DNA of 64,000 nt, taken from positions 224,001 to 288,000 of the forward strand of contig CAWGMQ010000004.1 of NCBI GenBank assembly GCA_963823665.1, in the 5' to 3' direction. Positions 13,801 through 26,883 of the stretch are shown here, one piece after another. The DNA is from an uncultured Planctomycetota bacterium. Lineage in GTDB: Bacteria; Planctomycetota; Planctomycetia; Isosphaerales; Isosphaeraceae. The translations under genes were made by a program, and so were the position numbers. Under the pieces are notes generated by a model. The model was not told the DNA's origin, searched no databases, and was given only the letters and a program-made list of their open reading frames with translations. The stretch's first letter is position 1. Each line of letters begins with the position of its first letter.

Positions 13801-16800
13801 ATGCCGGTAACGTCCGTGCCGATGAAATTGCCGGCGACGATATTCCCCCCGCCGTCGCCGACGAGATCGACGCCGTTGTTCTGGTTGCCCGAGATCACGT
13901 TGCGCTCGCCCGCATCGTCGATGCCCTGACCGTCTGTCCCGATTCTGTTGTCGGAGGCATCCCCCCCAATCACCACGCCGCCGCCGATGTACGTGCCTAT
14001 ATTTTCATCTTCATACTCAATATAAGCATACCCTGTCGTCGGGACAAGACCGTTGGAGAGCGCCGCCGTGCCCGTCACGTCCGTGCCGATCAAATTGCCC
14101 GCGACAACGTTGCCGCTGGTGTTACTTCCGTTGATCAAAATACCCGCGACGAGGTTGCCGCTCAGCAGGTTCCGCTCGGATGAATCGTGCACGCCGTCGC
14201 CATTCGTGCCGATCAAGCTATTGCTAGCGCCGCCGTCGATCTCCACCCCCGAAGCATTGGGCTCGGCCCTCTTACCGGTCGGATCCGTGCCCAGGTAGTC
14301 GCCGTAGATCCAGTCGCCAGTCGCGTTCGCTCCTGTCACGTGAATAGCGGCCCCCTGCGAAAAGTTATTCACGTCGAGCCCGCGCACGGTCACGCCCGAT
14401 CCGGTGATCAGCAGGCCGTCGCCTCCCTCGGCCAGGCTCCCGCTGATTTCGATCAGAGGCGTGCCGCTGTACCCCGGTTGCGAATAGCCGTCAATGAGAA
14501 CCGGATTGGTGATCGCGGGCAGGCTCGAGAGCGGAGCGATCAACTGAACCCCTTGCCCCGGAATCATGAAGTCGATCGCGTTCGTGCCGCCGGCGGCGGC
14601 GTTGGAATCAAGAATCGCTTGACGCAACGAGCCCGGCCCGGCATCTTTCGTATCGGTGACAACAAAAATGCCGCTCGTGATCGTCACGGTCGTCTCGAGC
14701 GGCAACGTCCCGGCCGACTGGGCGGACATGCTTAGCGTCGCATTGCCCACGAAGCCCGGCGGCGGCGTGAAGGATAAGCCTTCGAGCGCTGCGTCGAGCG
14801 CCGCGATGTCTCCGTCATACTCGAGCGTGCTCGTGCCGTCACCGGAACCCGCGAGTCCGCCCGTTCCGGAGAGCGCAAGCGAGCCCGCTGTGACCGACAG
14901 AGTGACGTTCCAGATTGCATCGAGCGGACCTGTGCTCATATCTTGCAGCGCGAAGCCGTCGCCGTTGGGCGCCGCGAAGACCAGCGGCTCTCCGGAAGTC
15001 TGGCGAACTTGCTGCGGCGGTGCCTGCAACGAGGTTTGCCGGGCCGCCGAAACCTCGGAGGTATTGCCATCGGGGTCGGTGGCCGTCGCAGTGATCACCG
15101 GCAGGCCCTCCGGCGCAGCAAATGGCACCTGAAAGACGGCGTTGCCTTGGTCGTCAGTCGTCACTTCCAGAGATCCCAGAAAATCCTGAGCTTGCCCCGC
15201 GCCATCGGGGTCAAAACCGGCACTGGCGAAGATGTCGATAAGAAATGACTCCTCAGGAGTGCTTCCCCACAGCCAGCCCTCGAGGCCGCCATCAGCAGTC
15301 TCGGCGATGATCGGGAAATTCTGAAGGTTGTTCGGTCCCTGGCGCGGTGAACTCGCGTTGTATGTGATCGCGTCGGCACCCAGATCGATCGCTTCTCCAT
15401 CGGGTACGACCCAGGTGGGTAGATCCCCGCCGGGTCCCGACAACGTGCCGTCCTTATCGTTGGACGTCACGTCGTGCACCGTCACGCCTTGGCCGTCGTC
15501 CAGGGGGTAGTCGGCCTCGAGCCCCGGTGCGGTGGCAGCCGGAGGGGTGCTCATATCTTGCTCGACCCGGTCCGCGGAGAGCGCCACGTTCCAGAGCCGC
15601 ACATTTGCGATTTGACCGACGAACCCATACCAACCGTCATTCGTGCTGGGATAATAATACCATGTATAGCCGGTTCCAATCTGGCCGAAGCTGCCGCCGA
15701 AGTCGAACGGTGAGCCGCTCGAAGATCCAACAAGCTGACCGTCCAGGTAAAGGCTCAATGTCCCGGACGCTTCGTCGGCGACCAGAGCGACCTGATGCCA
15801 GCGGCCATCGGCTACCGTCACCGTCGAAGTAAGCAGCGAAAAGCCAACCCAGTCGCCATAGAGCCGGCCGTCGGTCCCGACGTACAAGGCGGGCACCCAG
15901 CCGCTGACACCGTAGTTTCGCGGGCTTGTAGTCTGATACCCCAGAATGACGCCGCCGCTGGTAGTCTCGAACGAGGCCTCGATCGTCTCCTCGTCCTCGA
16001 AATTACGAACCAGGTTGTCCGGCAGAGTAACGTAAGTCGAACCGTCGAATTGAAGCGATCCCTGAGCGTCATTGGAAAAGTCCTGGTTGGCCGTGATCTG
16101 GTCGCCTACCGAGCTATCTCCCTCGACTTGCACGCCAGGCCCCGTGTTCAACGCGATCAAATTGCCGGCAGCCGCAGTGGCCCCGCCGATTGTGTTCTCG
16201 CTCGCGCCGTTCAAGATCTGAACACCAAAGCCGTTGGGCCGCGCTGTCGAGCCAGTGGGATCAGTGCCGATGTCGTTCGCGGTGATCGTGTCGCCGGTCG
16301 CCGCCGCTCCGCTGATCAGAATGCCCGCGCCGCTCAGGAAATTCCCGATGTCGAGACCGCGAATCGTGACGTCTGAACCAGTGATGGTCAAGCCATCCGC
16401 ACCGGGCGCCTGTACTCCGCTCAACTCAATGAGCGGCGTGCCGTCATGTCCTGGCTGTGAAAACCCATCGATCAGCACCGGGTTGCTGATCGCGGGCAAG
16501 CCGGTGAGTAACGCGATCGTCTGCACGCCCTGGCCCGGTATCGCAAAGCTGATCGTGTTCACGCCGCCGCTCACGAGATTCGAATTCAAGATCGCTTGCC
16601 GAAACGACCCGGCGCCGCTGTCCGCAGTGGTCGTTACTTGAAAGGTGCCGTCGGTGATGTTCACAAGGGCTTCGAGTGCCGGTGCGCCGTCCGAATCGGC
16701 GCTGACACTCACCGTGAACGTCCCTGTCGACCCGGCCGCGGGCGTATACAAGAGCCCGTCGAGCGCCGCGTCGAGTGACGAAAGTGAACCCTGATAGTGC

Positions 16801-19800
16801 AAGTTCCCGGTGCCGTCGCCCGAGCCCACCAGGCCGGCCAAGCTCGACAGCGAGAGCGTTCCCTCGCTAACCGAGAGTGTCAGCGCCCACTCCGGATCAA
16901 GTGGGCCCGCATCCGGATCCTCGATCGCGATGCCGTCGCCCGATGCAGCCGACAAGGTCACGGGCTCTCCGGCCACGATCCGCACGAACTGCGTCGGCGC
17001 ATCCAAGGTGGGCCGGCGCTCGGCCGAAACCTCCGAAGTATTGCCCAGCGGATCAGTCGCCGTGGCCGTGATGATCGGCAGACCCTCCGGCGCGGTAAAC
17101 GGCACGGCGAAAAGCACTTCACCACTTTCGTCAGTCGTCACCTCGAGCGATCCCAGGAAATCCCGCGCTTGGCCCGCACCCTCCGGTGAATAGCTTGCAC
17201 TTGCATAGACGTCTACGAGAAACGTCGTATCAGGCGTGCTGCCGCCGAGCCAGCCCTCGAGCCCGCCAGCAGCGGTCGTGACGATGATCGGGAAGTTCTG
17301 ATAATTGTTCGGTCCTTGGCGCGGTGAATTCCCGTTGTACGTGATCGCGTCGTCACCCAGATCGATGGCCTCTCCATCAGCCACGAGCCAGATGGGCAGA
17401 TCGCCGTAGAATCCCGACAACGTACCGTTGTCGGCGTTGGGCGTCAGGTCATATGCCGTCAAGCCCTGGCCCTCATCGAGAGGATAATCGGCCTCGAGAC
17501 CCGGTGACGTCGCCTCCGGCGGCGCGGAGACATCTTGCTGAACCTGGCCGGCCGAGAGCGCCGTTGTCCAGATCCGCACGTCGCTGATGTCGCCAACAAA
17601 TCCGTACCAACCATAGGGCGCGGCCGGCCAGTAGCTCGTATATCCGGTCCCAACCTGGTCGAAGCCTGGCTGGATGATCTGAGGCGATGCGTTCACGGAT
17701 CCGACGAGCGCGCCATCGAGGTAAAGCGTCATCGTCCCGGCCGCTCCATCGATCACCAGTGCGACGTCGTGCCACCGGCCGTCATTGACGGCCCCACCCG
17801 ACGTGACCTGCTCAATCGAGCCCAGACTTGTGTCGTACGAACCGCCGTAGAGCTTGCCGTCTGTACCGACATAAAGCGCCGGAACCCAGCCGTTCGGATA
17901 ATTCCCCGGGCTCGCGCTCACGTTCTGGTACCCGAAGATCACTCCGCCCGACGTGGTCTCGAATCGGGCCTCGATCGTCTGCTCTTCCGCCGAGCCGTCA
18001 ACCAGGTCGTTGGGTAAGCTGACATACGTCGATCCGTCGAATTGCAGCGTGGTGCTGCTGTCGTTGGAAAAGATCTGGTTGGCAGTAATCGGGTTGCCGA
18101 CCGAGCTGTAACCTTCGACTGAAGCGCCAGGACCCGTGTTAAAGGCAATGAGGTTGCCCGCGGCCGCGGTCGCACCACCAATTGTGTTATCGCTTGCACC
18201 GTCCTCAACTTGAACGCCGAAATCGTTGGGTAATGCCTGCGTACCGGTGGGATCGGTGCCGATGTCGTTGGATTCGATCGTGTTGCCCGTCGCGCCCGTG
18301 CCCGAGATCAGGACGCCAGCGCCCTGCACGAATCCCACGATCTCCAGACCGCGGATCGTCGTCCCCGAGCCCGTGATCACCAGACCGTTGCCGCCGCCGG
18401 TCTGGCCACCGGAAAGCTCGATGAGCGGTGTGCCGCTGTAACTCGTTTCTGAAAAACCATCGATCAAAACCGCGTTCGTGATTGCGGGCAGGCTCGAGAC
18501 CGGCGCAATGATGTGGACCCCTCCGCCCGGTATGGCGAAGTCGATTGTGTTCGTTCCGCCCGTAGCGGCGTTGGAATCGAGGATCGCCTGCCGCAGCGAC
18601 CCCGGACCGCTGTCGGCCGTCGTCGTTACCATGAAAACGCCGTCGCTCATGCTCACTTGAGCGTTTTGTGCCGTAGCGCCCTCCGAACTGGCGCTCAGGC
18701 TCATCGTGAAGTTCCCATGTGACCCGTTCGCCGGAGCGTAGACCAGGCCCTCAAGTGCCGCGTTAAGGACAGAGAGCGATCCGCCGTATTGGAGCTTGCT
18801 CGTGCCATTGCCCGAGCCCATCAGTCCGGTCAAGCTCGGGAATGAAAGAGTCCCCGACGACACAGAAAGCGTCATGTCCCAGGCCGGGTCGAGCGGTCCA
18901 GCGTCGGGATCCTCGATCAAGATGGCATCGCCCGAGGCCGCCGAGAAAGACTGCGACTCACCCGCAGCCACACGCACGACCTGCGTGGGAGCCTCCAGCG
19001 TGGGCTGCCGGCTCGTCGACACCTCGGAGGTATTGCCTTGCGGATCAGTCGCCGTGGCCGTGACCACGGTCAGGGCCGCCGGCGCGCTAAACGGCACGTT
19101 GAAGACCGCCTGGCCCGTGCCGTCGGTCGTCACCTCGAGCGATCCCAGATAATCCTGCTCCTGCCCGGCATCTTCCAGCGAAAAGCTGTTGCTGGCAAAG
19201 ATGTCGACCCGGAACGTTGTATTCGGCGTGCTCCCGCCCAGCCAGCCCTCTAGCCCGCCTGCAGCCGTCGTGACGATGACCGGGGAGTTCTGAATGTCGT
19301 TCTCGCCGAGGTCGATCGCTTCTCCCCCGGCTTCGACCCACGTCGGCAGATCGCCGTTGGACCCGGAAAGTGTGCCGTCGTCTTGGTCGGCCGTCAGGTC
19401 ATGCGCCGTCAGGCCCGCTCCTTCGTCGAGAGGATAATCGGCCACCAGCCCGGGCGTCGCGGCGGAAGGAGGTGAGACTCGGTCTTGCTGAACCTGACCG
19501 GCCGAGAGCGCCACGTTCCAGATTCGCACATCGTCGATCTGACCGACGAACCCATACCAGCCGTTGTTGGTACTGGGGTAGTACGCCGTATAGCCGGTTC
19601 CGATCTGGTCGTACCCGCCGTCATAGCCGACGTACGACCCGCTCTTGGACGCGACGAGCTGCCCGTCCAGGTAAAGGCTCTCCGTCCCCGACGCCGCATC
19701 GCCAACCAGAGCGACCTGGTGCCACCGGCCGTCATTGACCGTTTCGGGTGAAGAAATCGGCAGAAAGCCGTTCACCTCGAAGTACAGCTTTCCATCCGTG

Positions 19801-22800
19801 CCAACATAAAGCGACGGAATATAGCCGAACGGATAGCCGGAAGTGCTGGCGTTCTGATAGCCGATGATGACGCCGCCGCCCGTCGTCTCGAACGATGCCT
19901 CGATCGTGCTCTCCGGCTGGTAGCCGTCCAGCGGAGTGTTGGAGAGAGCGACGTCAGTCGACCCGTCGAACGCAAGCGAACCCTGGTCGTCATTGTAATA
20001 GATCCGGTTCGCCGTGATCTGGTTGCCGGCGGAGCCCGTGCCCACGACCTGAACGCCCGGCCCCAGGTTGTACGCGATCAGGTTCCCCTCGGCCGCGGTT
20101 GCTCCGCCGATGAGATTGTTGCCAGCGCCGTTCGAGATCTGAATACCCACTTCGTTCGGTAACGGCTCCAGGCCGCTGGGATCGGTGCCGATATCGTCCG
20201 ACTCGATCGTATTGCCCGTGGCCGCGGTTCCGCTGAGAACAATGCCCGCGCCATTCACGAAACCGTTGATATCCAGCCCGCGAATTGTAACACCCGAGCA
20301 CGCGATGGAGAGACCGTCCGCGGCCCCGGCCCGGATGCCCGAAAGCTCGATCAAAGGCGTGCCGCTGTAACCCGGCTGTGAGAAACCATCGATCAACACC
20401 GGGTTCGTGATCGCGGGCAAGGCCGAGAGCGGCGCGATCGTCTGGATTGCCTGGCCCGGTATCGCGAAGTCGATTGTGTTCGCGCCCCCGGCCAGGGCGT
20501 TGGAATCGAGAATCGCTTGCCGCAGCGAGCCCGGGCCGCTGTCGGCGTTCGTCGTCACCGTGAAGACCCCATCGCTGATCGTCACCGCAGCCTGGAGTGC
20601 CGGCGCGCCAGCCGAAACGGCGTTCACATTCATCGTGAAGATGCCGTGCGAACCGCTCGCCTGAACATAGCTCAGGTCCCCAAGCGCGGCATCGAGCGCC
20701 GACAGCGATCCCGAATAGTCGAGCACGCCCGTCCCGTTGCCCGAGCCCAAGAGCCCACTCAGGCTCGAAAGCGACAATGTCCCCTCCGACACCGAAAGCG
20801 TCAGATTCCATGCCGGGTCGAGTGGCCCGGCGTCGGGATCGCCGATCGCGATGCCGTCGCCCAAGGCCGTCGAGAATTCGAGCGGCTGACCCGGGTTGAC
20901 GCGCAGATCCTGCGCTGGTGCTTCCAGCAACGCTCGCCGCGCAGGCGAGACCTCGGAAGTGTTGCCATCGGGGTCGGTGGCCGTTGCGGTGATCACGGGC
21001 ATCCCCTCGGGCGCGGTGAAGGGAACATTGAAAAGTGCCTGGCCCTGGCCGTCGGTCGTCACCTCCAGCGAGCCGAGGTATTCCTGCGCCTGCCCTGCAC
21101 CCTCGAGAGACAAGCCGGCACTGGCATAGATATCAATAAGGAAAGTCGAGTCGGGCGTGCTGCCGCTCAGCCAGCCCTGGAGCTCTCCGTCTGCGTTGGT
21201 GACGACGATCGGGAAATTCTGGAAGTTGTTGGGGCCCTGGCCCGGTGCCATTGCGTTGTACGTGATCCCATCGTCACCGAGGTCGACGGCCACTCCGGCG
21301 GGCGTGGCCCAGGTGGGCACGTCGCCGTTAAACCCCGATAACGTGCCGTTGTTGCCATTCGACGTCAGGTCATGCGCCGTCAATCCCTGTCCGTCGTCGA
21401 AAAGGTAATCGGCCTCGAGACCCGGGAGGCCGGCGCTCAGCCCGGTGATAATGTCCCCGCCGATCTCATCGGCCGTTCGCGCCTCGCTCCAGATCCTGAC
21501 ATCGTTGATCTCGCCGACGAAGCCATACCAGCCCCCCGGTGTGTCCGGCCAGTACTCCGTAAAGCCCATCCCGATCTGGCCGACCGGGGGGTTGAGGGTC
21601 TCGGCCGAGCCCGAAACAGACCCGACCAACTGGCCGTCCAGGTAGAGTGTCATCGTCCCACTCACCCCGTCCGTAACGAAAGCGACATTGTGCCACTGGC
21701 CGTCGTTGACGGTGGAGCTCGACGTGACCTGCTCGATTGAGCCGGAATAGGGATCGTACCCGCCGGCGTAGAGCCTGCCGTCGGTTCCGACATAGACCGT
21801 GGGATCCCATCCATAGAAAGTCGACCCCGGACTTCCCCCCTGACGGCCGAAGATGACGCCGCCCGAGGTGGTCTCGAACCAGCCCTCGAGGGTCGTGCTT
21901 TGCTCGGAGCCAACGATCAGGCCGTTCGGAATGCTGACGTAGCTCGAACCGTCGAATTGAAGCGATTGCGTGCTCTCGTCGTCGGAATAGATTCGATTGG
22001 CAGTGATCTGGTTGCCCACGGAATCCGCGCCGCTGACACTGACGCCGGGCCCCAGGTTGAACGCGATCAGATTTCCCTCGGCCGCGGTTGTCCCGCCCAC
22101 GAGATTGTTGCTCGCACCGTCGGAGATCTCGACGCCCAGATCGTTGGGTAATGCCTGCGTGCCCGTGGGATCAGTGCCGATGTCATTCGCTTCGATCGTG
22201 TTGGCGGTCGCGCTCGTTCCCGAGATCAAAACACCATCGCCCTCGCTGAACCCAACGATTTCCAGCCCGCGGACGGTCGACCCCGGGCCGGTGATCTCGA
22301 GCCCGTCGCCGGCCCCGAGTTGACTGCCGGAAAGCTCAATCAAGGGCGTGCCGCTGTAACCTGGCTGCGAGAACCCGTCGATCAAGACCGGGTTCGTGAT
22401 TGCGGGCAACGGAGAGAGGGGCTCGACCGTCTGGACCCCTGCGCCAGGAATATCAAACCCGATCGTGTTCGCCCCGCCGCCCACGGCGTCGGAATCGAGG
22501 ATCGCCTGCCGCAGCGATCCCGGGCCGCTGTCGGCGGTGGTCGTGACTGAAAACACTCCGTCGGAGAGGCTTACCTGGGATTCCAGTGCCGGTGCGCCCT
22601 CCGAGCCCGCGGCGAGCGTGAGCACAAAAACACCGTGCGTGCCCCCCGCCTGAAGATAGCTCAACCCCGAAAGTGCCGCGTTCAGAGCCGAAAGGGAGCC
22701 TTCATATTGAAGAGGGCTCGTCCCGTTGCCTTTTCCAACCAGCCCGCTCACGTTCGCGAGCGCGAGCGTTCCGGATGAAACCGAAAGCATGAGGTTCCAC

Positions 22801-25800
22801 TCCGGGTCAAGGGGCCCGGCATCCGGATCTTCGATCGCAATGCCGTCGCCCGACGCCGCCGAAAGTTCCAGCGGCTGCCCCGGCGCCAGACGCACAGTCT
22901 GCGTGGGTACTTCGAGTGCAGCCCGCCGTTCCGCGGAAACCTCTGATGTATTGCCCGCGGGATCAGTCGCCGTCGCCGTGACGATGGGAAGGTTCCCGGG
23001 CGCCGTGAACGGCACGTCAAAGACTACCTCGCCCTGACTGTCGGTCGTCACGTCCAGCGAGCCGAGATAGTCCTGCGCCTGGCCCGCCCCTTGAGCGGAA
23101 TAGCCGTGCTCGGCGTAGACATCGACGCGGAACGTCGTATCGGGGGTACTTCCCTCGAGCCAGCCTTGGAGGCCGCCATCGGCCGTCGTGACGATCGTCG
23201 GGAAGTTCTGAAGGTTGTTCGGGCCCTGGCGAGGCGAAGTCGCGTTGTACGTGATCCCGTCGTCCCCAAGGTCGATCGCGTTGCCACCGGGCAGCACCCA
23301 CGTCGGAAGATCGCCTCCCGCCCCCCCCAGCGTGCCATCGTTACCGTTGCCGGTCATGTCGTGCGCCGTCAGGCCCTCGCCGTCATCCAGCGGATAGTCG
23401 GCCACGAGGCCCGGTGAGCTCAGGCGCGGAGCCGTCGTCGCATCCTGCTGCACCTGCGCAGCCGAGAGCGCCACACTCCACATTCGCACGTCGGCGATCT
23501 GACCGACGAAGCCATCCCAGGTGCCGTTGGAGGAGCTTGGAGGCGTGTTCGGGAACCGGCCGCTTGTGAATCCGGTCCCGATCTGGTCGAAACTGAAGCT
23601 ATAATTGGCCGCCGTGCCACTCTCCGCGGCGACGAGCACTCCATCCAGGTAAAGATCCAGAGACCCGGACTCTCCATCCCCGACGAGAGCGACCTGGTGC
23701 CAGCGCCCGTCGTCGACGGTCGCCGTCGAATTGAGTGTCGAAAACGCCGACAGGTCGCCATAAAGCCTGCCGTCAGTCCCGACGTAAAGCGCTGGAATAG
23801 TGTTATCATATTCGGGATTGGTGAATGGGGCGAATTGCTGATAGCCGAGTATTACACCGCCGCCCGTCGTCTCAAATGACGCCTCGATGGTCTCATCGGC
23901 GTACGAGCCTCTGCACCAGGTTCTCCGGCAGAATGACATCGGTCGAGCCGTCGAATTGAAGTGCGCCCTGCTCGTCGTTGGAGAACATTCGATTCGCAGT
24001 AATCTGGTTGCCGAGCGAGTTGTTGCCGTCGACAACGACGCCGGGCCCCAGGTTAAACGCGATCACGTTGCCGGCAGCCGCGGTGGCTCCGCCGACGGTA
24101 TTGTCGTACGCACCGGTCGTGATCTCGATGCCGGTGCCGTTGGCCAGAGCCAGCGTCCCCGTCGCATCCGTGCCGATCAAGTTGCCCGCGATCTGATTGA
24201 GTTGCGACCCGGCCACCTGCACGCCCGCAGCCAGGTTTCCGCTGATCAAGTTGCCTTCCCCCGCTCCGCCCGATCCGCCGTCGTTCGTGCCAATCGTGTT
24301 GTCAGACGCACCGTCCAGCAATTGCACGCCGTAGAGGTTGCGCACAGCCTCGGAACCAGTGGGGTCCGTCCCGAGCTCGTTGCCGTAGATCCAGTTGCCG
24401 GTGGCGCTGGCGCCGTCGATCAGAATTGCCGCGCCCGACGCAAAACCGTTGATATCAAGCCCGCGCACACTAGCACCGGCGCAAGTAATCTCGAGCCCAT
24501 TGCCGCCGCCAGCTCCGGCTCCGCTCAATTCGATGAGCGGTGTCCCGGCATAGCCGGGCTGCGAGAACCCGTCGATCAAGACCGGATCGGTGATCGAGGG
24601 TAACGGCGAGAGGGGCGCAATCGTCTGGACGCCCTGGCCCGGAATTGCAAAGTCGATCGTACTCGTTCCACCGATAAAGAGGTCCGAATTGAGAATCGCT
24701 TGCCGGAGCGACCCCGGCCCGCTGTCCGCGGTTGTCGTCACCGAGAATGTTCCGTCCCCGATATTCACCTGAGCCGCAAGCGCCGGCGCCCCCGGAGAAT
24801 CGGCACTCACGCTCAACGGGAAACTCCCGTGCGTCCCCGCAGCCTGAACATAGGAGAGGCCCGCCAGTGCGGCGTTCAGGGCCGACAGAGTTCCCTGATA
24901 CTGCAACGTGCCCGTGCCGTTTCCCGTGCCCACCAATCCGCTCAGACTCAAAAATGACAACGTACCGGTCGCAACGGAAAGCGTTAGGTTCCACTCCGGG
25001 GCCAGCGGCCCCGCATCGGGATCTTCGATCGTGATACCATCCCCGGCGCCGGCGGAGAAATCCACCGGCTGACCGGCGGTCGAGCGCAACTCCTGCGTCG
25101 GAATCTCAAGCGTCGCCCGTCGCTGCGCCGACACTTCCGAAGTGTTGCCGAGGGGATCGGTCGCCGTGGCGGTGACCACCAGCATTCCAGCCGGCGCACT
25201 GAACGGGACGTCGAATGTCGCCTGGCCCTCGCTGTCTGTCGTCACTTCCAATGAACCGAGGTAGTCCTGCTCCTGGCCGGCGCCTTGCGCAGAAAAGCCG
25301 GCACTCGCGTACACGTCGACGCGAAACGTCGTATCAGGTGTGCTGCTCCCCCCCAGCCAGCCCTCGAGCCCGCCGTTCGCCGTTTGAACGATCACAGGGT
25401 AATTCTGAAAGTTGTTCGGCCCCTGGCGCGGTGAAGTCGCGTTGTACGTGATCCCGTCGTCACCCAGATCGATCGCTTCTCCGCCCGCCACGACCCAGGT
25501 CGGCAGATCCCCGTCGGGCCCCGCCAGGGTCCCATCGTCATGATTAGGGGTCAGATCACTTGCCGTCAGGCCCTCTCCATCGTCCAGAGGATAGTCGGCC
25601 GCGAGCCCCGGCGCGTTAGCGGCCGGAGTTGTGGTCAGATCTTGCTCGACCTCGCTTGCCGAGAACGCCTCGTTCCAGATCCGCACATTCGCGATCTTTC
25701 CTGCGAAGCCATACCATCCGCCGGGGGTATTCGCCCAGTTGGTTGTATAGCCGGTTCCGATCTGGTCGAAATAGCCGCCGAAATTCGAAATTGACCCGGT

Positions 25801-26883
25801 CCCGGTTCCAACAAGCTGTCCATCCAGATAAAGGCTCAGCGTCGAGGACCCGGCGTCCGCAACCATGGCAACCGAATGCCACTGACCATCATTCACGGCC
25901 ACACTCGAGACGACCTGGTTGAATTGCCAGATATCTCCATAAAGCCTGCCGTCGGTCCCGACGTACAAGGCGGGCACCCAGCCGCTGGCCGGGTAGTTTT
26001 CCGGGCTGGCAGCTTGATATCCCAGAATCACTCCACCGCTCGTGGTCTCGAAGCTGGCCTCGATCGTCGACTCCAGATCGTTGTCGTTAATCAAATTCTC
26101 GGGCAGGCTCACGTAGGTCGATCCGTCGAACTCGAGCGAGCTGTTCGCCTGGTTGGAAAAGTCCTGGTTAGCTGTGATCTGGTTGCCAACGGAGCTTTCC
26201 CCTTCGACGTCGACGCCGGGCCCCGCGTTGAACGCGATCAGATTGCCGGCAGAAGCGGTTGACCCACCGACGGTGTTATCACCCGCCCCGTTCACGATCT
26301 GAACGCCGAAATCGTTGGCAAGCGCCTTCGAGCCGGTCGGGTCAGTGCCGATATCGTTCGCGGTGATCGTGTCACCCGTCGCACTCGCTCCGCTGATCAA
26401 AACACCCGCGCCCTGAGAAAAACCATTGATGTCCAGGCCTCGTACCGTGACATCCGAACAGAAAATGTCCAGCCCGTCGCCGCCCCCGGCCTGGCCCCCC
26501 GAAAGCTCGATCAACGGCGACCCGGTGTACCCCGGCTGCGAAAAACCGTCGATCAGCACGGACTGGGTAATCGCCGGTAGGGGCGATTGGGGCAAAATTG
26601 CCTGGACGCCCGTGCTCGCGATGTCGAATTCAATCGTGTTCGCCCCGGCGACAGCGCCGTTGGAATCAAGGATCGCCTGCCGCAGCGAGCCGGCACCGCT
26701 GTCGGCGGTCGTCGTGACCAAGAACGACGCGAGGAGCGTGCGGTCTTCCATGAAATCGAAGCCGGGCCGGAAGTGGAAGCTCATCTCGAAGGACTGGCCG
26801 GGGCGTGCAGGCCCACGACGCCGGCGGCGATGCCTTCGATCCGGAAAGCCCGCGATCCTGTTGAGTTTGTCACCGCTGGTCAT
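7893..26883 (-). CDS. Giant (~6,330 aa) secreted/surface repeat protein: LEPR-xLL N-terminus, 7-8 CSLREA/beta-helix units, 6 LamG-like domains, FG-GAP (VCBS-like) repeats; 1-nt frameshift at ~23910
   Basis: ORFs 23893-26883 and 7893-24035 join at [19 protein letters not shown], matching the other repeats. N-terminal RRHRRRRR...[15 protein letters not shown]. Repeated [15 protein letters not shown], GNxIGTD, VNDGxWHxVALV...LYLDG and many GDFxGDGxxDLAV motifs. Confidence 0.92.
12400..26730 (-). repeat. Intragenic tandem array of ~2.0-2.2 kb units in the giant protein
   Basis: GS[LF]RQAI unit starts near 26720, 24740, 22545, 20560, 18630, 16635 and 14660, with a degenerate eighth (GSFEQAL) near 12645. 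Confidence 0.9.

Noticed and set aside
15400..26140. Diversity-generating retroelement acting on the LamG loops
   Set aside because: No reverse transcriptase or near-identical template repeat in the window; the variation includes indels and does not look adenine-specific.
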